The notes beneath the pieces were generated by a model. It ran no database searches. It saw only the letters and a program-made list of their open reading frames with translations, and was not told the DNA's origin. From an uncultured Acidobacteriota bacterium (lineage in GTDB: Bacteria > Acidobacteriota > Terriglobia > Terriglobales > Acidobacteriaceae), in assembly GCA_963737095.1 (NCBI GenBank), contig CAVTRK010000003.1:74222-138221 (forward strand): a DNA stretch of 64,000 nucleotides. The letters are read 5' to 3'. Numbering within the stretch: position 1 is the first letter of the stretch; each line of letters opens with the position of its first letter. Shown piece by piece: positions 17,060 to 27,103 of the stretch. The translations under genes and the position numbers were made by a program.

Positions 17060-18469
17060 TCAGATTCCCTGTTCCGTCGCACGCCGTTCACGAGACCGCA
17101 TGCGAATTTCCGCAGCCGTGATCGTGGGACGCTCTTCGGCCAGAATGTAGGCGCGTTCGACCACATGACCCAGCTCGCGCACATTGCCGGGCCACGCGTG
17201 ACTGCATAACTTTTCCAGAGCTTCACGATGAAAGACCTTTGAAGGACCTGTGCGGCCCAGCTTCTCAAGGAAGTAAGCGGCCAGTTCCGGAATGTCGCTG
17301 CGACGTTCTGCTAGCGACGGCGTCTGAACGGGAAAAACGGCTAGCCGAAAATACAGGTCGCTGCGAAATTTCCCCTCCTCCACGCACTGCAGCAAGGGCT
17401 GGTGGGTGGCCGCGACCACGCGAACATCGACTCGAACCGGCTCATTTTCGCCAATCCGCTGCAACTCTCCGGCTTCAAGAAACCGCAGCACTTTTGCCTG
17501 CAGCGCTATCGGCATTTCGCCGATTTCGTCCAGAAACAAAGTTCCTCCGTGCGCAGCCTCCATCCGGCCCGTGCGAGCCTGGATCGCCCCAGTAAAAGCT
17601 CCGCGGGTGTGGCCGAACAGCTCGGCCTCCAACAAAGCTTCCGGAATGGCAGCGCAATTCAGCACGATGAAAGGTCGATTCGCTCGCGGACTCAAGGCGT
17701 GGATGGCGTGGGCTACCAGCTCTTTTCCTGTTCCAGTGGGCCCTTCAATCAAGACTGTGGTCGTGCGCGGGGCGACCAGGCGCACAGCATGGGCCAGGCC
17801 TTGCATTTCGCGACTACTGCCCACCATTCCCGGCAAGCTGGCCACTGGTTGCATGTGCTGCGGCACCGATATCGATGCGGTGGCCAACGAATCCGCATAG
17901 TTCCGCGTTACCTCCTCCGCGCACTGATCGGAGCCATCGCACGCAACGGACGCTTCCGACGGGTTCTCGAACACTCGCACCGGCTTCGTGTACACAAAGC
18001 TTCCAGCGGGGTTAATTCCGTGCGCTTGCGGAGAGCGAATCCCACGCGGAGCCATGGGCTGCAGCGATGCGGGACCCGTCCCGGAGTGGCCGGGCCACAC
18101 CGAGCTTCCATATTCCTGGGCTTGGCGAAGCGCATGCAGTAGTTCCGGACGTCGGGCGGATCGCGGTTTTCCAACCATCTCCTCGGCCTCGTTGACGCAG
18201 ATCAGATCCAGCTCCGGATACTGGATTCGAAGCTGCTCGGCAAAGTCGCCGGCTTCCAGGTCCGGCAGCCAAAAGTCCAGCAGCAAAGCTTCGCTGGGCG
18301 CTTCCTCCAGATACGACAACGCCTGGGCGCCTCCGGCGGCTTCGCGCACCTTCCACCGCATGCCAATCAGAATTTCAGCAAGCCTGCGCCGAAACGAGGC
18401 ATCCGCACTCACCAGCAAAGCCGTCCGCGAAACCACCGCGCGCACTTGCATATTGTTCAATGTCTGCAT
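17060..18469 (-). CDS. Sigma-54-dependent response regulator (REC plus AAA+), without a C-terminal HTH domain
   Basis: REC domain (LLVSADASF...LLLDFWLPD), a ~110-aa linker, Walker A (GPTGTGKE), GAFTGA (TRGAFTGA), Walker B (GGTLFLDEIGEM) and WPGNVREL. The protein ends about 30 aa after that motif. A strong SD GGGGAGGGG lies upstream. Confidence 0.85.
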   Translation of the reverse strand: MQTLNNMQVRAVVSRTALLVSADASFRRRLAEILIGMRWKVREAAGGAQALSYLEEAPSEALLLDFWLPDLEAGDFAEQLRIQYPELDLICVNEAEEMVGKPRSARRPELLHALRQAQEYGSSVWPGHSGTGPASLQPMAPRGIRSPQAHGINPAGSFVYTKPVRVFENPSEASVACDGSDQCAEEVTRNYADSLATASISVPQHMQPVASLPGMVGSSREMQGLAHAVRLVAPRTTTVLIEGPTGTGKELVAHAIHALSPRANRPFIVLNCAAIPEALLEAELFGHTRGAFTGAIQARTGRMEAAHGGTLFLDEIGEMPIALQAKVLRFLEAGELQRIGENEPVRVDVRVVAATHQPLLQCVEEGKFRSDLYFRLAVFPVQTPSLAERRSDIPELAAYFLEKLGRTGPSKVFHREALEKLCSHAWPGNVRELGHVVERAYILAEERPTITAAEIRMRSRERRATEQGI

Positions 18470-18536
18470 TTTTAACCCCTCCCCTACATCGAAACCGACA
18501 AGAAACTACGACCAGCTACCTTGGAAAAATTCGAGG

Positions 18537-19220
18537 TCAGGCTGGTCCCAGGGAGGGTACGCGCATTACGTAGCCATTACCGCGCACCGTATGAATCAAT
18601 TTGTTCTCTGCGCCTTCGTCCACCTTGCGGCGAAGGTAATTGATATACACATCAACAACATTGGTGGTGACGTCGGGATGCATCTTCCATACGTGCTCAA
18701 GCAGGCCACTTCTCGAAACGCATTCCCCACGATGCTCCAACAGGTATTCGAGCAGCGAATATTCCTTGACCGTCAGCTCAATCGGACGGCCTCCACGCTC
18801 GACCGCTCGACGGCTGCGATCGAGCACCAGGTCGCCGCAGCGCAACTGGGTACCGGCGCTCGAATCGAGGCGCCGAATCAGCGCGCGGCAACGCATCTGT
18901 AACTCACGCAATACAAATGGCTTCGATAGGAAGTCGTCGGCTCCAAGTTCCAGACATTGCAGCCGCACTTCCAGGGAATTACGGGCAGTCAGGACCATGA
19001 CCCCGGCATCGCTGATCTGGCGAATAGCAGACAGAACTTCAATTCCGTCTTTGCGGGGCAAGCTCAGATCCAGCAATAAAAGTCGAAATTCGGCTGTCTG
19101 CCATGTTGCCAGCGCGGATTCACCATCTTGCACCCAGGCGACATTGTGGCCGTCGTTTTCCAACGTGCGCTGCAGTAAACTGCCCAGCGCAGGGTCATCT
19201 TCAGCTATTAAAACTCGCAT
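18537..19220 (-). CDS. OmpR/PhoB-family response regulator (orphan)
   Basis: MRVLIAEDDPALG...LLLLDLSLPRKDG...GADDFLSKPF, followed by a winged-helix C-terminus (VDVYINYLRRKVDEGAENKLIHTVRGNGYVM). The track start 19280 was trimmed to ATG 19220. Confidence 0.85.
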   Translation of the reverse strand: MRVLIAEDDPALGSLLQRTLENDGHNVAWVQDGESALATWQTAEFRLLLLDLSLPRKDGIEVLSAIRQISDAGVMVLTARNSLEVRLQCLELGADDFLSKPFVLRELQMRCRALIRRLDSSAGTQLRCGDLVLDRSRRAVERGGRPIELTVKEYSLLEYLLEHRGECVSRSGLLEHVWKMHPDVTTNVVDVYINYLRRKVDEGAENKLIHTVRGNGYVMRVPSLGPA

Positions 19221-19518
19221 CGGCAGAAATCCATTTCCAGAACAACAAGGTGTTGCCAACCGTAAATACTTTGAATCCATCCTCGATGGAACGACACCGA
19301 CGCCGCCGGAAGTTTCGACTGGGCAGATGTGCTGTTTCCGTTTGAGGTGTATCTAACTTCGCCTGAGGAGGGGAGAAAATCAAGCGAAAACCCTGGCGGT
19401 GGGGCACCAAGGTAATTCAAATGGGGACGGATTTAGAACATTTCCTCTAAAGAAATGATGGGAACGCTGATGCGAATGAAAATTCGGCCGATGAGCAATT
19501 GGGCGCTCGCGCCCGGCT

Positions 19519-20352
19519 CTAAGGCAGCTTTGGCCGCTTCAGGCGATAACATCCGGCCGCAACCCCGGGTACGGGCTCAAACTCCTCGGCGATATTCAGG
19601 GTGGTTTCGGCGCTTCCCAAAAAAAGATATCCACTGGCCGGGATCAATGGAGCAATCTTACTGAGGATTTTGCGTTTGGTGTCCTGGTTGAAGTAGATCA
19701 ACACGTTGCGAATAAATACCACATCGATCTTCGGAAGGAAGGACCAAGCCTCGGTCAAGTTCATCTCGCGAAATTCAATCATGCGCCGGATTTCTTCGCG
19801 AATTTGCCAGTCATCCCCGACCCGCGTGAAGTACTTGACCAGGAATTTGACGGGCAGTCCGCGGTTCACCTCCAGTTGGGTATAGCGACCACGGATGGCG
19901 CGGGCCAGCACGTCGCTGGAGAGATCGCTGGCGATGATGCGTAAATTCCATCCCTGCAATTGAGGAAAATATTCCCGCAGTGTCATAGCGACGGTGTACG
20001 GCTCCTGACCAGACGAGCAGGCGGCGCTCCAGAATGTCAGGCTGCGCTCGTTGGCGCGTGCGGCGATCAAGTCCGGGATGATTTTGGTGCGCAGCAACTC
20101 GAAGGGCCGGATGTCGCGAAAGAATAACGTCTCATTCGTCGTCATCGCATGAATTAATTTTCGATGCGATCCATTGAATGTGTCCCGCTGCAGGCGGCCG
20201 AGATATTCGCCTAACGAATTGAAGCCTTCTTTTTCGGCCAGAGGTCCCAGGCGCGCCTCAACCAGGTATTCCTTCCCCTGTTCCAGCACCAGACCAGCCC
20301 GCTGATGAATCAAGGCGCGCACATACTCGAACTCGTTCGGCGTAACGCTCAT
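19519..20352 (-). CDS. cheR: Chemotaxis methyltransferase CheR
   Basis: FEYVRALIHQRAGLVL..., TNETLFFRD and the SAM-binding motif FWSAACSSGQEPYTVAM. ATG 20352 overlaps the cheB stop (ATGA). Confidence 0.9.
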   Translation of the reverse strand: MSVTPNEFEYVRALIHQRAGLVLEQGKEYLVEARLGPLAEKEGFNSLGEYLGRLQRDTFNGSHRKLIHAMTTNETLFFRDIRPFELLRTKIIPDLIAARANERSLTFWSAACSSGQEPYTVAMTLREYFPQLQGWNLRIIASDLSSDVLARAIRGRYTQLEVNRGLPVKFLVKYFTRVGDDWQIREEIRRMIEFREMNLTEAWSFLPKIDVVFIRNVLIYFNQDTKRKILSKIAPLIPASGYLFLGSAETTLNIAEEFEPVPGVAAGCYRLKRPKLP

Positions 20353-21482
20353 CGGGCGCTCCTTGTGTCGAGAAAATAATTCAGCCTGGGGCGATTTGTA
20401 GATGCGCGCCCGGCGGCTACACGCCGAACAATTTCTCCGGCCAGCAGACCCAGCGGTAAGACCACATCCGCCAGGCCGGCGTTTGCCACGTATCCCGGCA
20501 TTCCCCAGACCACGGAGGTGGCTTCGTCCTGCGCCAGAATCTGCCCACCCGCCTCGCGAATTCGTCCGCATCCGCGAAGCCCATCTTGACCCATCCCCGT
20601 CATGATGACCGCCAAGGCATCGCCACGATACACGTCCGCAACCGAGCGAAACAGTACATCCACCGCGGGACGACAGGAGTTCTCCGGCTGTTCTTGCTGG
20701 GTGCGGAGGCTCACGCCCTCCTTACCGCGTTCCACCATCATGTGAAAATCCCCAGGTGCGATATAGGCATGACCGGGCAGCAATTCCTGGTGGTTGGCGG
20801 CTTCCAAGACGGGAATCTGCGACTTTGCAGAAAGGCGATCGGCAAGAAATTTGGTGAAGATGGGCGGCATATGCTGCACGATGACCACCGGCACAGGAAA
20901 GTTCGGAGGCAACAGCGGCACCAGATCTCCCAACGCATTCGGGCCGCCGGTCGAGGTGCCAATCGCTACCACTTCGACCCGAGAACCTGTCACCCGGGGC
21001 GCGGCCATCGAAAAGGGGAGCTGTGCCATCTGTGCCGCCGTCAGGGTAAATGGATGGGTCGGCTGAGGTGTCGCTCGGGGAACATGGGCACGAATTTTTG
21101 GAATCAGTTCGGCGCGGATCTTCTCCAGCGCGGCCGCGGCGCTTCCCACATTTGCCGGTTTGGTGACGTAGTCGGAAGCGCCCAATGCAAGCGCATCCAT
21201 AGTGGCTGACGCGCCGCGTTCCGTCAGCGTGCTGAACATTATTACTGGCAGACGGCGATGCAGTTTGCGCAGCTGCTTCAGCGTTTCCAAGCCATCCATC
21301 ACCGGCATTTCCACGTCCAGCGTGATGATGTCCGGGTTGACCTGCTCGATTTTCTGCAGGGCAATCCGCCCATCTGCCGCAGCACCCGCGACCTCGATAT
21401 CAGGTTCGCCGGCCAGCACATCACTGACCATCCTGCGAATCACCACCGAATCATCCACCACCAGAACCCGGATCTTTGGCAT
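20349..21482 (-). CDS. cheB: Chemotaxis methylesterase/response regulator CheB
   Basis: REC domain (IRVLVVDDSVVIRR...ITLDVEMPVMDG...GASDYVTKP). Esterase domain (VVAIGTSTGGPNAL, IVQHMPPIFTKFLADRL, IMTGMGQDG). Confidence 0.9.
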   Translation of the reverse strand: MPKIRVLVVDDSVVIRRMVSDVLAGEPDIEVAGAAADGRIALQKIEQVNPDIITLDVEMPVMDGLETLKQLRKLHRRLPVIMFSTLTERGASATMDALALGASDYVTKPANVGSAAAALEKIRAELIPKIRAHVPRATPQPTHPFTLTAAQMAQLPFSMAAPRVTGSRVEVVAIGTSTGGPNALGDLVPLLPPNFPVPVVIVQHMPPIFTKFLADRLSAKSQIPVLEAANHQELLPGHAYIAPGDFHMMVERGKEGVSLRTQQEQPENSCRPAVDVLFRSVADVYRGDALAVIMTGMGQDGLRGCGRIREAGGQILAQDEATSVVWGMPGYVANAGLADVVLPLGLLAGEIVRRVAAGRASTNRPRLNYFLDTRSAR

Positions 21483-21667
21483 AGGGATACCGATCAGCCG
21501 CAGCCATCGAGAACTGCGAGCCTGACTCTTTTTGAAACATTGCAACCTGGCAATCCGTTCCTCCGCCAGCAAGGTGGATGATTGGAACGGTGATGAGGTC
21601 AGAAGAATTTCGGCGCCGGCCAGCAGGACTTGATGTTTCGAGGATCAAGCCCTGTCTGCCGACACCT

Positions 21668-21688
21668 GGCGGCCCTGTTGCGGCCGCC
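21668..21688 (-). terminator. GC-rich hairpin 7 nt downstream of the mcp stop (possible terminator or attenuator, no U-tract)
   Basis: Minus-strand GGCGGCC-GCAACAG-GGCCGCC forms a 7-bp perfect stem. No T-run follows, so the function is uncertain. Confidence 0.3.
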
Positions 21689-21694
21689 TGACGT

Positions 21695-24016
21695 TTAGGC
21701 AACCTTCATCGGCCGTCTCTTAGTTGGCGCGACCGATTGCTTTTCTTCGAAGCGGAATTGACCCACCAGCTGTTGTAGCTCCGACGCCATACGGGACAAC
21801 TCCGTGGCTGCGGATTGCGTGTTGGAAGCCCCTTCCGTGGTGCTCTTGGCAGCGCCTGCGACTGAGCTGATATTCTCGGCCACCTGCTTGCCACCCTGCG
21901 CGGCCTCAGCCACATTGCTGGCGATTTCGTTGGTCGTCGCGGTCTGTTCCTCGACGGCGCCCGCAATCGTGTTGGCAATGTCGTTGATCTGGGTGATGAT
22001 CTGGCTGATTTCCGCAATGGCCTGCACCGCTCCCTGGGTATCGCCCTGGATTTCCTCAATCTTCTGGGTGATGTCCTCGGTAGCCTTGGCGGTTTCTTTC
22101 GCTAGTTCCTTCACTTCGTTGGCGACCACCGCAAAACCCTTGCCGGCTTCGCCCGCGCGCGCTGCCTCAATGGTGGCATTCAGTGCCAGCAGTTTGGTCT
22201 GTTGGGCAATCGATGTAATGACCTTGATCACCTGGCCAATCTCGGCGCTCGACTGACCCAGCTTCGAAACAGTAGCGTTGGTCGATTCTGCAGTTTTTAC
22301 GGCCGCAGTTGCAACCCGCGCAGCATCGTTGGCGTTGCGTGCAATCTCCTTGATGCTGGCAGTCATTTCTTCGGTGGCGGTCGCAACCGTTTGCAGGTTC
22401 TTGGTGACCTGTTCGGCAGCAGCGGAGACCACGTTGGCCTGGGTCGCAGTTTCCTCGGCATTGGCGCTCATCTGATTACTGACGGCCGAAAGTTCTTCAG
22501 ACGAACTTGCCAGGGTCTGCGAGTTCTGACCGATGGCGCGCATGCTGGTGGAGAGCTGATCGCCCATGCGGTTGATGGCGTCCTTAATGGCAGCATGATC
22601 GCCCTGATACTGCCCTTCGACGCGAGCCATCAGATCGCCTTCCGCTACCTGTTCAAGTACCCGTGCCGCTTCCTGCACCGGCTTGATGACCGCGTCGAGC
22701 GTGTCGTTGATACCTTGTACAATCTTGCCGAAATCTCCAGGATGTTTGCTAGCATCGGCGCGGGTCGACAGCTTTCCTTCCACCGAAGCTTTAACCAGAC
22801 TGGAAGAGTCGGCGATCAATGCTTTCAGGTTGGCACGAACTTGCTCGATGGTGTCGTTGATGAAAGCCTTTTTGCCCGGGAACTTCTCCAGCGGCGCTTC
22901 AAAGTTTCCACGGCCGAACTCGCCGAGGCAGGCCATCGCCTTTTTCTTGACTGTAATGTGACCTTGGACCATGGTGTTGATACCATGCGCCATGGTGCGA
23001 TAGGCGCCTTCGAAATGGTCTTCGGGAATGACGATGTCAATGTCGCCCTTGTCATGCTCGGTCGACATGCGATTCATTTCGCTGATGAGAGTCTTCAGAT
23101 TGGTCCGCAGCTGCTCAATGGTGTCGTTGATGAAGGCTTTTTTGCCGGGGAATTTATCCAGAGCTGCATCCAGATTGCCACGTCCAAGTTCGCCAATGCA
23201 GGCCATCGCCTTTTTCTTGACCGTAATGTGACCCTGCACCATGGTGTTGATGCCGTGAGCCATGATGCGATAGGCGCCTTCAAAGTGGTCTTCTGGAATT
23301 ACGACGTCAATATCGCCTTTGTCGTGCTCCTCGGACATGCGATTCATCTCGCTGATCAGGCTCTTTAGATTGGTGCGAAGTTGCTCGATGGTGTCGTTGA
23401 TGAAGGCCTTTTTACCGGGAAATTTATCGAGGGGCGCATCGAGGTTGCCGCGGCCCATCTCCCCAATGCAGGCCATCGCCTTTTTCTTGACGGTGATGTG
23501 ACCCTGCACCATGATGTTGATTCCGTGAGACATCTCGCGATATGCGCCTTCGAACTTCTCCTCCGGGATCACCACGTCGATATCGCCCTTGTCATGCTCC
23601 ACGGACATGCGATTCATCTCGCGGATCAACCCACCGAGTGAATCGATGCAGGCGTTCAGGCTATTCTTGATCGTGTTGAAATCCCCGCTGTACGTCTCTG
23701 TGATCTTGGCGGGGATGATTCCCTTGGAAATCTGGTCCACATACTTCGCTGTCACGTTGACCGGCATGATCAACGCATCCAGCATTTCGTTGAGTGCGAT
23801 TGAAACTTCCAGGTCGCGGCCCTGGAACTTGCTGGTATCAAATCGCTCGCTGAGACAGCCCTCTTTCGCTGCCTTTGCCAAGCGCATGGTTTCCTGAGCT
23901 AGATCAGCCGCCTCCACGTTGAAGCCAATGCGCGATGCGTTCTTGCCTGCCTTTGCAGGTACGAAAGCTCCGTTCGGTTTTCCATTTTTCTGACTTTTCT
24001 CCAACATCGTTTCCAT
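21695..24016 (-). CDS. Soluble methyl-accepting chemotaxis protein with a triplicated 90-aa module
   Basis: 773 aa with no hydrophobic TM segment. The C-terminal MA domain carries the hairpin tip [34 protein letters not shown]. An SD GAAGGGGA lies upstream of ATG 24016. Confidence 0.9.
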   Translation of the reverse strand: METMLEKSQKNGKPNGAFVPAKAGKNASRIGFNVEAADLAQETMRLAKAAKEGCLSERFDTSKFQGRDLEVSIALNEMLDALIMPVNVTAKYVDQISKGIIPAKITETYSGDFNTIKNSLNACIDSLGGLIREMNRMSVEHDKGDIDVVIPEEKFEGAYREMSHGINIMVQGHITVKKKAMACIGEMGRGNLDAPLDKFPGKKAFINDTIEQLRTNLKSLISEMNRMSEEHDKGDIDVVIPEDHFEGAYRIMAHGINTMVQGHITVKKKAMACIGELGRGNLDAALDKFPGKKAFINDTIEQLRTNLKTLISEMNRMSTEHDKGDIDIVIPEDHFEGAYRTMAHGINTMVQGHITVKKKAMACLGEFGRGNFEAPLEKFPGKKAFINDTIEQVRANLKALIADSSSLVKASVEGKLSTRADASKHPGDFGKIVQGINDTLDAVIKPVQEAARVLEQVAEGDLMARVEGQYQGDHAAIKDAINRMGDQLSTSMRAIGQNSQTLASSSEELSAVSNQMSANAEETATQANVVSAAAEQVTKNLQTVATATEEMTASIKEIARNANDAARVATAAVKTAESTNATVSKLGQSSAEIGQVIKVITSIAQQTKLLALNATIEAARAGEAGKGFAVVANEVKELAKETAKATEDITQKIEEIQGDTQGAVQAIAEISQIITQINDIANTIAGAVEEQTATTNEIASNVAEAAQGGKQVAENISSVAGAAKSTTEGASNTQSAATELSRMASELQQLVGQFRFEEKQSVAPTKRRPMKVA
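22811..23620 (-). repeat. Three in-frame tandem repeats of 270 nt inside the mcp gene
   Basis: The exact 20-mer ggccatcgcctttttcttga recurs at 22931, 23201 and 23471. atggtgtcgttgatgaa recurs at 22848, 23118 and 23388. The protein units EMNRMS(V/E/T)EHDKGDID(V/I)[59 protein letters not shown] are about 90 percent identical by eye. Confidence 0.9.
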
Positions 24017-24094
24017 ATCATCCCCTTCGTTTCTCTGATTTTGTTACGTTCCGTTGTGGTCGCTTGCGCGGCCATCCTGCCGCTGCAACCTGGC

Positions 24095-24538
24095 TTAACT
24101 CTGTCCGTCAGAAAATCCAATCAACACTTCCTCCGTGTCCAGCACATGCATCAGCCGCTCGTTCAGCTTGTGCACGCCGCGGATCATCTTCCTGGCATCG
24201 CCGTCGAGTGTGTCTGGAGGGCGCTCGAATGTCGACTCTTCCGCTTCCACAACATCTCCGATGTCATCGACCAGCAAGCTGACGCCTCCGCCGGAGCTGC
24301 GGACGACAACATTCATCAGCGGTTGCCCTTCGCTGCGAGCCGCCAATCCGAGCCGGCGGCGCAGATCGATCGCGGTGACGATCTGGCCCCGCAGGTTAAT
24401 CAAGCCGCGTACCACCGGCGACGAGAGAGGTACCGGAGTCATTTCCTGATTGCGCAGAATCTCCTGCACCCGCTCCACTTCCACACCGAAGTAACTGTCT
24501 CCGAGAAAAAACGTGGCAAATTGTTGCCGATCGCTCAT
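24095..24538 (-). CDS. cheW: Chemotaxis coupling protein CheW
   Basis: 147 aa (QFATFFLGDSYFGVEVERVQEILRNQEMTPVPLSSPVVRGLINLRGQIVTAIDLRRRLGL). The ATG overlaps the cheA stop (ATGA). Confidence 0.9.
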   Translation of the reverse strand: MSDRQQFATFFLGDSYFGVEVERVQEILRNQEMTPVPLSSPVVRGLINLRGQIVTAIDLRRRLGLAARSEGQPLMNVVVRSSGGGVSLLVDDIGDVVEAEESTFERPPDTLDGDARKMIRGVHKLNERLMHVLDTEEVLIGFSDGQS

Positions 24539-26958
24539 GATGCGACTCCTGTAAGCAACTTCTCTGAATCAAAGAAGGTGGGATCCTGCACGCGAATGAT
24601 GCCGTCCACGTCCAGGATTTCGGTGACTTTCCCTTGCACCACGAAGGATCCCAGGACACCCTGGCGGCTGGCGGGACGGCGCGTGGCTAGATCGTCTTCA
24701 ACGATGTCTAAAATGCGTTCAACTACCAGGCCAACACTGCGCCCGTTACGGGTATGAACAATCACCTGGACCTTATCGTCGCTCGCGGGAGAGGCACCGC
24801 GAGGGTGCAGCCTGCGTTCCTCGACCAGGCCGGCAACATGCACCAGCGGCAGGATCGTTCCGCGATATTGCACCACCTGCTGCTCTCCGGTGCGTTCGAT
24901 TGCTGATCGTGAAAAAGTTTCCAACCGCGTGACATCGGAAAGAGAAATCGCCATCCGTCCGTCGTCGGGGCTTTGGAACAGCAGCAGGGTTTTGCGCTCC
25001 TGGGCGCGCCCGGCGGCCGGCGTCGCATCTTCTGAAAGCTTGCGCTGACGCACCTCGCTGATTACACCGGCATGCTGAGCGAGTCCCAGCACATCCAGAA
25101 TCAGAGCCACTCGGCCATCCCCCATGATGGTCGCCCCGGTATAAACGGAGAGGCCTTTCAACAGCTCACCCAGGGGCTTGACCACAATCTCTTCCGTATC
25201 GTTCACTTCATCCACGATGAGTCCAAACTGGCAGTCGTCCGCTTGCAGCACAGCAATGTTCACCACATCCTGCTGGGCGGCATCCTGGGCGGCGACGGAA
25301 TCGAAATGAAGTTCGCGGTTGAGATAGACCAGCGACAACAGGTTTCCGCGCAAACGATAGACGGGTGCGCCATGAACGCTCTCAATGCCCTGGCGCGCTC
25401 CATTGCCCTCTAAGCGCACCAATTCCAGCAGGCTGACCTGCGGGATGGCATAGCGTTCGCCACCACAGGTCACAATCAACGCAGGAATAATCGCCAACGT
25501 AAGGGGGATCTTGATTTTTACCGTCGTCCCGGCACCCACAGCACTTTGCAGGTCCACCATGCCGCCGATTTTTTCGATATTTGTCTTCACGACGTCCATA
25601 CCGACGCCACGACCGGATACATTCGTGACCTTTTGCGCCGTGGACAAGCCTGGAAGAAAGATCAGTTGGTAAGCTTCGCGCTCGCTCATGCGGGCTGCAT
25701 GTTCCTGAGGAATCAACCCTCGTTCCACAGCTTTGGCCTTGACTGCAGCCAGATCGATTCCCGCTCCATCGTCGGAGATTTCGATATTGACTTGGCCGCC
25801 TTCGTGGTAGGCGCGCAGAAAAAGCTTTCCTTCAGGCGGTTTGCCGGCGGCTTCTCGTTGCGACGGGGACTCAATGCCGTGATCGACAGCATTGCGAATC
25901 AGGTGAGTCAAAGGATCCTTGATGGCTTCCAGAATGGTCTTATCTAGCTCGGTATCCTTGCCCTCCATCTCCACTTGCACCCGCTTGCCGCACGCCAGAG
26001 CGAGATCGCGAACTACCCGAGGAAATTTTCCCCAGACATTTTCGATCGGCTGCATTCGCGTCTTCATCACGCCTTCCTGCAACTCTGTGGTGATCAGACT
26101 CAAACGCTGTGTTGTGTTCAGGAAGGTGGAATCCTGCTGTGTCGTACTGAACTGCAGGATCTGGTTGCGGGCCAGCACCAGCTCTCCGACAAGGTTCATC
26201 AGCTTGTCCAGCTGACCCACGTCGACGCGAATGTTATTGCTGGAAAGATTCGAAGTGGCTCCGTCATTCTGCACCTGCAATGCTTCCAGCACTTCCTCTG
26301 CATGCACAGCGCCGCGTGACACCAGAATCTCCCCGAGCAGGCGCGGATCGCCCTCTCGCTGCAGGTTCAGGGCTGTGTCCACCTGCTCTTCTTTCACGCA
26401 GCCTCCCTCGATAAGAATTTGTCCCAGGGGCAAAGACTCGTCGCCAGGGAACTCTTCGCCATTCGGGGAGGAGATATTTTCCAGCGTCGGCTCCGGTTGT
26501 GAATTGATGACGCACGGTGCAGGTGAAGAAGTTACTACCGCATCCTCCGAATGAGTTTCCGCCAATGGGGTCAGCAGTTGAGTCAAAACTTCAATCAGTG
26601 GCGCATAGTCCGTCTCGCCGTCCGAACCTGTCTTTTCGATGGAGGCAAGCATGGTGCGCACCGCATCCACCATGGCGAGTAAGCCGCTGGTGATCGCAGG
26701 CGACAACATCAACTGGCCTTCCCGCAAACGGCTGAGAAGGTTTTCACCAACATGCGCGACAGATTCAAGCTTGGTGAACCCAAGAAATCCGGTGGTTCCT
26801 TTCACGGTGTGAACGGCGCGAAAGATGGAGCCTAAAAGCTCTTTTGAGGTAGGGTTCTTCTCCAGGCAGATCAGGTCGCGATCCAGCTGATCAAGGTTTT
26901 CCGTACTCTCGACGATAAACTCTTTCACAATGTCGTCCATGCCATCCGCGCTGTCCAT
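24535..26958 (-). CDS. cheA: Chemotaxis histidine kinase CheA
   Basis: P1 H-box (FRAVHTVKGTTGFLGF), dimerisation and HATPase domains (HLIRNAVDHGIE, ISDDGAGID, VSGRGVGMDVV), and a C-terminal CheW-like domain. GGAG lies 8 nt upstream of ATG 26958. The ORF-track extension to 27117 overlaps cheY and was rejected. Confidence 0.9.
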   Translation of the reverse strand: MDSADGMDDIVKEFIVESTENLDQLDRDLICLEKNPTSKELLGSIFRAVHTVKGTTGFLGFTKLESVAHVGENLLSRLREGQLMLSPAITSGLLAMVDAVRTMLASIEKTGSDGETDYAPLIEVLTQLLTPLAETHSEDAVVTSSPAPCVINSQPEPTLENISSPNGEEFPGDESLPLGQILIEGGCVKEEQVDTALNLQREGDPRLLGEILVSRGAVHAEEVLEALQVQNDGATSNLSSNNIRVDVGQLDKLMNLVGELVLARNQILQFSTTQQDSTFLNTTQRLSLITTELQEGVMKTRMQPIENVWGKFPRVVRDLALACGKRVQVEMEGKDTELDKTILEAIKDPLTHLIRNAVDHGIESPSQREAAGKPPEGKLFLRAYHEGGQVNIEISDDGAGIDLAAVKAKAVERGLIPQEHAARMSEREAYQLIFLPGLSTAQKVTNVSGRGVGMDVVKTNIEKIGGMVDLQSAVGAGTTVKIKIPLTLAIIPALIVTCGGERYAIPQVSLLELVRLEGNGARQGIESVHGAPVYRLRGNLLSLVYLNRELHFDSVAAQDAAQQDVVNIAVLQADDCQFGLIVDEVNDTEEIVVKPLGELLKGLSVYTGATIMGDGRVALILDVLGLAQHAGVISEVRQRKLSEDATPAAGRAQERKTLLLFQSPDDGRMAISLSDVTRLETFSRSAIERTGEQQVVQYRGTILPLVHVAGLVEERRLHPRGASPASDDKVQVIVHTRNGRSVGLVVERILDIVEDDLATRRPASRQGVLGSFVVQGKVTEILDVDGIIRVQDPTFFDSEKLLTGVAS

Positions 26959-27103
26959 CGATGTTTCTCCTTCGCCTGATTCACGACGCACGTGCATACG
27001 TGGCACGGCTTGATAGTTCAAACATCGGCAGGGTTGGACTCGACGTGAGCGACCGGCCTGGCAGAAAAACTCCGATGTAATCTTCGGTCTATGCCCTAAT
27101 GGC

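Noticed and set aside
17988-18902. 304-aa plus-strand ORF spanning the two response-regulator genes
   Set aside because: It is a shadow ORF antisense to clearly recognisable REC and winged-helix coding sequence.
22202-23368. 388-aa plus-strand ORF with internal repeats, plus several smaller repeated plus-strand ORFs
   Set aside because: It is a mirror image of the mcp repeats on the opposite strand. The repeat structure is inherited, and there is no SD or coding-like composition.
22811-23620. The triplicated 270-nt unit considered as an assembly duplication or mobile repeat
   Set aside because: The copies are in frame and differ at scattered positions (about 10 percent at protein level). 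They are flanked by unique sequence, which fits a genuine intragenic tandem duplication, although the copy number still deserves long-read confirmation.
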